Source of the DNA: Cycas panzhihuaensis
Taxonomy: Eukaryota; Plantae; Cycadophyta
Assembly (NCBI GenBank): GCA_023213395.1
Contig: CM041465.1
Coordinates: 210,125,741 to 210,189,740 of the forward strand
Direction: 5' to 3'
DNA length: 64,000 nucleotides
Below, one piece after another: positions 54,728 to 64,000 of the stretch. A program made the position numbers and the translations under genes. How positions within the stretch are numbered: the stretch's first letter is position 1; each line of letters starts with the position of its first letter. Below the pieces are notes generated by a model. That model worked only from the letters and a program-made list of their open reading frames with translations. It was not told the origin of the DNA and made no database searches.

Positions 54728-54950
54728 AACTTACATGCAATAAGCAAGGTAAGGCTCTTCATCCCATGTTTCTGCTAATGGAGAATCCAACTCAGGGAAT
54801 TTTAATTTTGGGCTTATAACTTGATAATAGATGTTTTACTACTGAATATATACTCCTGGGTCTAGATAACTCTATTAATCTAATGCAATTTAAAATAAGA
54901 CTTGAAAAAGCTAAGAGCTAATAATGTGAGTACAAATCCAGCATTTCCAA

Positions 54951-55175
54951 TTAAATGCCAGAAAGTGGGTTTGCCGAATTTGCTGCTGGCACACCCCGAC
55001 CGCTGCCATGAGCACTGGCAATTTCTGCTTCTGCTGGGCCATTGCATGTGACTGCAGCACCATGGGTAATTTCATCTTGATGTACAAGCTTATCTATTTG
55101 TTGAAACTGCCAGGGCCAACGTGTATTATAGAGAAACTGCCGAAGATCAAACCGATTATCCTCTGGAGAGTAACT
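54951..55175 (-). CDS. QNS1: Glutamine-dependent NAD+ synthetase, last exon
   Basis: Acceptor TTACAG, then [31 protein letters not shown]...SANPLSGI* (75 codons, phase 0). Not in the ORF track because it lacks a start codon. Confidence 0.95.
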   Translation of the reverse strand, partial: SYSPEDNRFDLRQFLYNTRWPWQFQQIDKLVHQDEITHGAAVTCNGPAEAEIASAHGSGRGVPAANSANPLSGI

Positions 55176-55585
55176 CTGTAACCAAATGCAGGTTCCCAGA
55201 TGATCAGTAAGATTTCCGTTTTACTTCAGCGCTCATATCAAATCCTTCTTTACCATGGCAAGTCCAATGCCAACCATACAATAATGCATATTTACATACC
55301 CACTAAATAGACTAATAAATTCATACACACACTAAGACTGCTTTGCCAAACCCTTTCCTCTACCTTTTTCTTTGTTAAAACCCCTTCATTATCTTTTCAA
55401 AAGAAACTAGTTATGCAGCCAGAATCAGCTTGCAGCTCCAAAGGTGGCCTTGCAGCAAAAGGCTAAAGCTTGCTGCTGTTGAATGAACAAAAACTCACTG
55501 CTGCTGCTGCTGGTTTTATGGTCACTTACCTTAAAATGTCTAAAACTAGATCATTTTCTACAGAAGGAGAGTTTTATATGCATAC

Positions 55586-55714
55586 CTCAGCATGGTAAGA
55601 AGGTGTCAAGGTTGTCATTTTATGCCGATTCATAGAGTAGAATCGGAAAAAATCTTTGACTTTCATTGCAATTTCTGCAGGAGTTAAACGCCCACACCAT
55701 CTGTGACAGAGGTA
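55586..55714 (-). CDS. QNS1: Glutamine-dependent NAD+ synthetase, penultimate exon
   Basis: TTGCAG | [43 protein letters not shown] | GTATG; splices in frame to the last exon giving [15 protein letters not shown]. Confidence 0.95.
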
Positions 55715-58249
55715 CTGCAAGGAACCAACCAAATACAACACCAATGAGGCCCATACAGAGATGGAATAAACAATCCAATTTTCCTTGTCCATTCTCCCTA
55801 TACTTAGATCTTGCTCTCACTTTCTCTGCTCCCTTCTCATTTAATTGTTAGCATCAAAATCATATTCTGCTAAGTTTTCAGATGTTAAAACACTTATCAA
55901 TACTTTGTCTTATTCATTATGAAGTCAATGGGAACAAAATAATTGAAGAAAATGGAGATGGCAACAATAGATTTCTCACCATTCTTCAAGGCATCTAAGC
56001 CTTATTATTCAATTTTAAAGGAATAAAGCCAGAGTGTGCATAATACCAAGCATCTTAAATTGAAAACATAAAGTAAAACCAGAAAATCTTAAATTCTATT
56101 TTTTGGCCATAAAACAAATAAAAATTTGAATAATCAATCTGCTTCATTGTTGCTCCTTCCTTTTGCATACATGGAAAATTTGTGCAAAGTCCAAGAAGCT
56201 AGTATGGTACAGACAATCAAAGTTGAGAACCATAAGCTATTAGAAAGTTTCAGGTCTAGTCGGTTCCAATCATCGCCTAACTGCCAGAGGGAAGAATCAA
56301 TTTCCTTATGCCCTCCTACATTGAAGTGCCCAGCCATGTGGCACTTAATTCACAGAAAAGCACCTCTGGCTTTATGTCGTGTCACAGCGGCCCATTTATG
56401 GGTTCAGCCTGGAGCACAGAATGGCAACATGTGCATGGCTGCCTAAGATGGTCGCCAGTCTGGCTTATTTGTCAACACATGTAATAGGTCCCATACAGAT
56501 ACCCAAAGAAGCCCATTAACCATCTTATTGATGGTCAATGGGAGTAAGGAGTGTGCATCAGTTCCAAAGGCAGCAAGGTTTGGAATGAAAGCATCAAAGC
56601 ATGTTTGGAGCAGCATGCATGCAAAGTTCCATATTGTTGCATTTTTGACACAAGCTCATGTTTATAGAAGAAAAAGCCTATAAGAGCTTTGTGGGCATTT
56701 GGATGTGCATATAAATGCTTGCTCTCTAAAAACACGAGAAGTTTGTTGATTGCAGGTTCTAGGAGATTCTGGAGAAAGCAACTGCAGCATTGAGAAGCTT
56801 TGTAGAAAACTAATAACGATTAAGTATAGTTTCCCAAGGAGATTATGTTTCAGATGTGGAGGCTCTCTATCCTGTTGAGCAGTATTGTCATTAACTCATA
56901 CTATGCATCAAGATAGGCTCTGGGGAAGCATCCTAGATTTTTGTGACATGCATGGGCCTTGTAGAATTCAATTTTATTTTGCCAATAACCTCATGAATCA
57001 GTTACCACACAGTTGGCATTAAGCAACTTCAACATCACTGTATGTGTGGTAGGGGTAGCAGGTGTGTCCAGGACTTTCCCCTTAGTTACCAGGTGGAAGT
57101 CTGGAGCACACCTGCTACCCTGAGCACACCTTAGTTCCCATGTGTGTTGCAGATATTGCTATGATCGACAGGACATATAAAGGGAAGTATGTTAGCAAGT
57201 ATCTTGAAGACTTCAACCTTAGTTCTCCCTTAACAAATATGTTGGACAGATTTAGTGGTTCTCTACAGCATAAGTATATGAACTGAATTTGATTTTCTAG
57301 AAGTAAAACATAGCTTTTCATTGTGCTCCGGTTTAATTATGAACGTCTTAACTAATAAATGCTTTGCATGTGTGGCATATATTACACGTAAGAGCCTTAC
57401 ATAGTGGAAAAAAATAATTCCCACTACATCACCTGGTGAGTTGCTGAAATTTCAAGTACATACATATATGTTCATGAAGAAAAAGTTTTCAGACTGGTAA
57501 CATGTATAAAAATGTAATACTTCTAGTCGATAACCATAGGAACTTAGATATGCTGGGCAGAATGTGAGAAAAAGCTGGGTGATATGGAAGCCACCAGTTG
57601 CTTGTATGTACGTTAGGGACTTCGCAATTTCTTCAAAGAATGTTTCATTCCCAGGAAAGTAAATGTGGAGGTTGATCCAGTCAAGCAATTGTCCTTTAAA
57701 TGAAAGAAGAAACATCCATATTGGAACATATCAACTCTGTCATAAGGGGAATACTGGGTCATAATGGCCTCTGAAAATTATTGCAAAATTATGGTGGCAA
57801 GCCACTCAGATGCCTCCAATATAATCAATTCAGTACATTCCGTTGAACTTGAGATGTTATCAGATTTCCACTTCCAAACAAAACACAAATCAGAGAAAGA
57901 AATCTGGCAGAGAAGATTGACAACTGGTATCGTATAAAAAGGAAGAAATGGAGCAGTGCAAAGACGTTTCACTGCAAAAGCGAAATATGCAATTAAGCAC
58001 AAATGGTTTGAATGCAAAAAGAAAGAAATAAATACTTCTGCAGAAAGGGCAGGATGCATGCAAAGAAAAAAAGGAAAGAATAATCATGAAAAGATGGTAT
58101 CGTGGTATCGTTTTCTGACTGAATCGTTAATGCATTTCCCTTACAATATCCAGTTTGAGCAATGGATAAATACATGAATTTTTTGGCCACAATCTGCATT
58201 GACTTGTCAATGCATTCCCTTTTCTGATATACCCATAGGGAAATGTATA

Positions 58250-58660
58250 AATGCCTAGTGCTAAAATATCCAATTTGAAAACATTATGTCCAAGTGCCTG
58301 AGAAATGGTGTATGGCCCATTGTGCAGAAGCTTTTCTTCTGGATTACTTAGTTCTTGCCTTTGCTTTGCAAATATATCCAAATCATAACTCCATATGAGA
58401 AGAGAGACAAACTAGTTCTTGTTATTCATTTTCATTGGCTTCTGAATTTTTCAAGCAGAATTTGCTAACTTACATTTGAAGTTCACTGAAATTGCAGGTG
58501 ACAAAGTCAAGTTCACGGGTAGCTTCTGGTACAAGTAAATTTGACTTGCGGGCACCATACTCAGAATGGAAACATATTATTTCCCTCAAAAAGATGGAAA
58601 AACGCAGGTGGAGAACATGCTACTTGAAAAGGCTTCTGCCATTTTACCTATGAAGATGTG
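58250..58660 (-). mobile_element. Intronic Gypsy integrase fragment (GPY motif)
   Basis: KLLHNGPYTISQALGHNVFKLDI. Confidence 0.6.
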
Positions 58661-60592
58661 GGTACATAATAGGAAAGAAGAAGAACAGCACTTTATCTAC
58701 AGAACAGTTCGGTCTATGAACAGCAATAGACTGGTTTATTTATGTGTGGAACAGTGCTTTTTACACACTAATACCAAGTTTTTACAGACTGGTTTATTTC
58801 TATTGATTTGAAGAACATAATATTTTGTAAATTTTCTCAATCTCTAATATCTGCCCTAGATTTTGTTACAAACCACAACAATTAACAATGAAAAAGACTT
58901 ATGCTGCTAAAAATTACAAGCACACAAAATCAAAATTTTAAGTCATGTAACTTCTAAACCAACAAGTTTGTGGATATCAACAATGCATTACAAAATTCAG
59001 CTAGAAACAAGAGAAGATACATTGTACATGTGTTTACTTTCACGAAAGAACAGACACAGGGTAAAAGACAGACAGAAAATCTCAGTAAGTGTCTAATGGG
59101 GAACAAGAAGGAAACCGGCCACCAGTGGAAGCCCAATTCAAGAGATTAATTCAGAAATTTGACATGCATCAGAGTTCTCTGATCAAAGATGCGTGCATAC
59201 CAAGTTGACAAGAAGGAATGCCAAGGAAAGCTCAATAAAGATGAGCGATAGCCCATGTAATGCATATGAACAGATTACATACCATATGAGAGTTGAAATA
59301 TTCATAACCTATGGACTGGAAGACTCTTCCACACTGTTTGCTTGGGAGGTGAGGCAGAAGCCTGATCTGGGGATGTGGTAGTAGGGGGTTTATACCATTT
59401 CCTAACCCAAACACATGATTCTGGTTGCCCACATCCTTTGGATACAAATGAGATTTGAAAATTATGAACAGGATTTGGTCCGGCCAATACTCTTATGTAT
59501 GCCGCATAAGACCCCCTGCTGCCCCCCGTCCCCCCCCCCCAACTAGGAACCTTCCTAATTCGAGCCCTTACTTGCTGCAAAAATTTGGAGAGGACATTCC
59601 CTCTCTACTGGAAGAAAATCAACACAACTAAGCTATTCACAAAATCTTAGCTTTTATACGCATGTCTATTGACTATGTTTTCTCACTACACTCGTGAGAT
59701 AGGTACACTTGTCAAGGTAACACAAGTAGTCTAGTCTAGGATACAGTCAACATATTCATCCACATAGATCACACAGATTTATTAACAATTCCACATAATC
59801 ATGTCACAGTTTACACACAGCAATACAGTAATCAGCACATATTCAGCATCCAATCTTCATAAAACACATAGAATCAACATTTCCACGTAACTCTTCTTTT
59901 ATTAAGCAATAAGTCTTTGTACACAAGGTGCTGGAATGCATTCCCTATGCATTGCAACCACATACACTGCTACTATCACATGCGTACCCGGAAGGTACCC
60001 ATCATTATACACTGCTTTAGGCTGCTGTCATACATACTCGCTCTCGTACCATTGAGTGTCTGAATACTTGGCTCTCACCCTAGCCGAATGATCCTTGTGA
60101 AGTCTCTCTAATACGCCTCCTTGGTGTCCTTTGGCTGAAGGGTTATGACTCCCTATCACAACTGTATCTTTTTAGTCATAAGCGTACCTTTTGTTAACCA
60201 TTAGTTAACCTTCTTAATTGTTGTCTCTAACCATTCGTACGTCCGTACGTACGTCTGACGACATCCTAGGTATCCATCTGTCCGATTCTATCGTGCGTAC
60301 CTTTTCTGTTTGCTCGTGTACTGCCAAAGGTACATATACTGTGTTGCATACCTTCTCAGGTACGCACCTGTCATACATAACCAAAATGTTGTTTTTTCCA
60401 CTTTTCTGCCTCCTACGTACCTCCGTATGGTCCGTACCTGCACATCCAAGGTTACACAGCCTATCTTTGGTCTCCTCATAGCCCAACGTGTCAAATTATG
60501 TCCCAACATCTATCTCAAGTCAACATGATGGGTTTGAGCATCCTTGCTAAAAAAAAATTCAAAATTTTGGGGTATTCCTCCCCCTCTCTGTT

Positions 60593-61693
60593 TCAGGGCT
60601 GCTCCTGCTGCCTCTGTTCTGCCGACGAATCTTTCGTGGCCAAAATTTCTTCGTTTATTTGGGTAAGTGTGGTGATTATTGCATCCTTTTCTTTGATTTT
60701 TTCTTGAAGGGCAACTATCTCTGCTTTGTACCCTTCTTCCATTTCTTTAATCAACTGGATAATCTGGCATGATTTATCATCTGATGGAGGTGGCGTTGAT
60801 GTTTCTCCCGTTTCCATTATGGGAGGAAATTCTGTCCATTCTTCCAATGAAGGCTCCTCTTCTTTCTCCTCTTCAGGTTCTCCTTCATCTTTCTTCCTTT
60901 TGCTGCTTTTCTGGATTGTTTGTTTGGCACGATGAGGAATGGGTGTCCTGGGGGTTTGTTGTAACCATTTGAGAACTTTGGTCATTTGCTTTTGAATCCT
61001 TTTTCTCAATTCTTGATCCTGAGTAGTGTCTGGAAACTCAGTCACCCATTGTTTTATAAGTGGCTCTCTTGGAGACATAGTTGTTTTTGTTAGCTGCACA
61101 CCTGGACATTGATAAAATAGGATGGCTGACAACAGGGAAGGGTGACGAAAAGGGTGTGTCATTATTTCTTGGATTTGCTGCCTCATGTTAACTGCTAAAA
61201 ATTCCGACCAATCCAGCTTTTCTCCATCCCGGATCTTTGGTAATACCGACATCATTCCTCCTGGAATCTATGTGTACTTCCTTTTTGATAAAAATCTAGA
61301 ATTGATGACTTTGGCAATCCATTGCAACCTGGCATCCTATATATCCACCACCCGAATTCCTCCGGAAGTAAGCTGCATGTGTTCTTGGCAAAATTCCCTC
61401 AACCAAATCTCACAGTCTACTTCTGACCTTTTAGTGGCCGTGGGAACTTCTCCTTTATTTGGAAGTCCCGTTATCAGATGAATTATTTCTGCATCTAGTT
61501 TGATTTTCTTCATATCCTTTTTTAGCTCCAACAAGATGTTCTCCATAATCTCTTGGTCACAATAGATGGGGTTATAGTATATATACTCTCCCCAACCAGC
61601 CTGCTTGACTTTAGTCTGAAATTGGGAAGGTAATGCCTCCAGGTCTTTCCTCAGCTTGGGCAGGAAGGTCTCTTGGCAACCTGCTGTTCTCAT
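60593..61693 (-). pseudogene. Extra 3' ORF of the retroelement (366 codons, two in-frame TAG stops)
   Basis: ORFs 61337-61693 and 60593-61255 share a frame; stops at 61337-61339 and 61268-61270; IHLITGLPNKGE motif, acidic stretch, C-terminal coiled coil. Confidence 0.75.
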
Positions 61694-61999
61694 GACGACA
61701 GGCTATGGAATTCCAGAAATAGAACTGAAAATAACCAAGGAGTACCAGTACGAACCCTACGTACGTACCTTTTTCAGAATGGTCATTGTTTTCTTGAAGC
61801 ATTCATACAAACTTGCGCTGAATTTTGTCCTTCTGTCTTGTCAGATCACAAGGGTTCCTCTTGGCTATTTGCTGTTGAGAATTCAAGCCGAATGATCCTC
61901 CATTTTCCGTTGCGTACCGTGTGGGAATGCTTGCAGGTACGTATTATATGTCTGTCTTATTCGATTCTTTTTGTTTTATGCATACTTGATTGCATACTT

Positions 62000-62270
62000 T
62001 TTAGGTATGTATAGTGTAATTTGGCTAACTTATTCACTTTTTTAACTGTGCGTACCTCGTAGCATACTTTTCTGGTACGTATAGTGTTCTCTGGCTTATT
62101 TTACACAGTGTATACCTAGTAACGTACTTTTTTGGTATGTATAGTGTATTTTGACTTATTTTACACAGTGTGTACTTGGTAACGTACTTTTTTGGTACGT
62201 ATAGTGTATTTTGACTTATTTTACACAGTGTGTTCCTGGTAACGTACTTTTTCTGGTATGTATAGTATAT
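62000..62270. repeat. 60-bp tandem repeat, about 4 copies
   Basis: TTACACAGTG recurs at exactly 62101, 62161 and 62221. Confidence 0.9.
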
Positions 62271-62880
62271 TTCTATGAAAAAAAATCTGATTTCTTAGCA
62301 AGATTCTTCATTCTTGGCTTTTATTGTTATGGTATATATCCTTCTTTTCTTATTGCTTATACATATGATATAGGTTACGGTTGTTTTTTCTGTTTTTTTA
62401 TTTTTTTTGTATTTTATGTTACATACCGAACTGAATCACGTTCTGGTATCAAGGCAATTCGATTTGCCTCAACTTCATGCAAAACGCTATAGTACAACCA
62501 GTTGATTCGACTGATACTTCCTTCTATTCGATGTAGGGTTTCAATCGGCTACCATTTACTTGGGTTGGTAGCAATGGTCCATCGATTTCCCTTAGTTGTA
62601 TAGACCCATTTTCAAAAATTTGTTCGGCAATATAAGGTCCTAACCATCTCATCTTGAGCTTCCCGGGGTGCATCCTGAACTTGCTGTCGTAGAGCAGAAC
62701 TTGATCACCTTCTTTGAATTGTGGCTTGCGTAGATGTCGGTCGTGCCATGCCTTTTGTTGTCTTTTCTCTATGTTTCGCAACCATTTCGCCATATACCTC
62801 TTTTCTTCCAGTCTCACCAATTCTTCCAATCTTCATCGTAAAGATTGGAAGTCGTCCAATCGACATTGCATAGCGGTTCT

Positions 62881-63696
62881 TGTTGGCATTGAAATTGACT
62901 CAATGGCTGTGTGAGGACCAGAGGTAGGTCAGAGAACCCGAGTTGTGCAGGTACGGACCGTACGGAGGTACGCACGAGGCAAAAGCGTAAAAAGCGAGCA
63001 TTCTAGGTACGTGTATGGCGGTGCGTGCAGGCACGCATGGCGAGGACGCGTGCGGCGGCGGAGCGGAACCAAACGGCGGTGACGCATGACTCGAGGGACG
63101 GTGAAGACACAGGAGGTGCAGGGACGTGCGTCACGTCACGAACCCAAAGGAAAGAATTAATTAAGGTTAAACAAAGGATTAAGTGAAGAGGTACGCATAA
63201 AGCGAAGAGGTACGCATGATCGAAGAATGCGGTTATGACAGACGGTCATAACCCTTCACCAAAAGGTACCAACAGAAGTACTTAAGGAGGTACGAATGGT
63301 TCACCTGGTTAGGGTGAGAGTCGGATATCATGGGTGCATACGCAAATACAGAGACGATCGCATGACGGTAGATTGGAGCATGGATATGTGATAAGTACCA
63401 TCTGGTACGCATATGTACAAAAGGATCGTATCTTTCTTTGGAATGCTCGAGAATGCATTCCAGCCCTTGTGTAACTGAACTGTTGAATTAATAAAAGAAA
63501 GAGTTACGTGGAAATTGGTGTATTCTTGGTGTGTGATGATGATTTCAAGTATGTATTGATTTACATCTTGTGTACCATTACGTGGATTTTATATGGAATG
63601 TATGTGGAATGTATATGAATAACCATGTTGATGTGTCCTAAAACGAGACTATAGCACTGTGTAACCTTGACAAGTGAGCAAAGGGTATCTCGTAAG
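62881..63696 (+). mobile_element. LTR of a related element inserted in opposite orientation into the integrase
   Basis: Starts TGTTGG; collinear with the reverse complement of 59690-60508 (TGTGCAGGTACGGACC.TACGGAGGTACG; GAGTTACGTGGAAAT). Confidence 0.85.
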
Positions 63697-64000
63697 TGTA
63701 ACAAGTTACCCCAGCAGTCAACATTGGTTCCGTTGCCTACGTCCATTGAGGAGGGACAGGGCCTAGGGGTTTCAAAGGGAAAAGAATGTATAAAGGCGGA
63801 GGACCACAGGTCGCTAGCGTGATGGCGGGTCAGAACTAAGCCACCGTGACGGGGACTTTCCAATGCCACCTAAAAGGCCTTCAAGGTCGGAAGAGCCCCA
63901 GAAGGATACTTCACCTAAGGAAAAGGAGACGAGTAGACAAAGGGCACTGAGATGGTCAAAAGAAGCAAAACTCAGAAGGGCGAGGAGGTTAAGTTCGCAA
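63697..64000. mobile_element. Probable third nested LTR, running off the window
   Basis: Homology to the sister LTR stops abruptly at TGTAAC; the following sequence is GC/CpG-rich. Confidence 0.5.

Larger units (their letters stand above)
59465..62880 (-). mobile_element. Athila/Tat-like Gypsy 3' half inside the QNS1 intron: integrase C-terminus, extra ORF, 3' LTR 59465-60508
   Basis: 62524-62880 reads KAWHDRHLRKPQFKEGDQVLLYDSKFRMHPGKLKMRWLGPY...VNGSRLKPY. The LTR (TGTTGG...TTCA) is an inverted homologue of the LTR starting at 62881. Confidence 0.88.

Noticed and set aside
55800-59450. Many short ORFs in the ORF track
   Set aside because: Intronic, with no NAD synthetase or other recognisable homology apart from TE scraps.
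59511-59540. C-runs (G-quadruplex potential on the minus strand) in the LTR
   Set aside because: A single homopolymer-dominated instance; conservation cannot be assessed here.

Overview
AT-rich plant nuclear DNA, probably from a large-genome gymnosperm (inferred from the TE types and a >8 kb TE-filled intron). About 85% is nested retroelements: Gypsy chromovirus-like, Tat/Athila-like, Copia, and two full-length L1 LINEs. The only host gene is the 3' end (last two exons, minus strand) of glutamine-dependent NAD+ synthetase at 54951-55714. The most notable signal is host-gene cargo inside LTR elements. A non-autonomous LTR element (1-3030) carries an intronless mosaic of ArfGAP AGD14, phytepsin aspartic protease and plastid aspartate aminotransferase. 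A complete Copia (7938-17156, TSD AAATC) has a 4.3 kb leader with an antisense, in-frame adrenodoxin reductase / Alfin-like / adrenodoxin reductase chimera. That chimera lies next to a non-coding block shared with a second, truncated Copia-type element (~33590-36292). Protein identifications are by recalled motif similarity, not database search.
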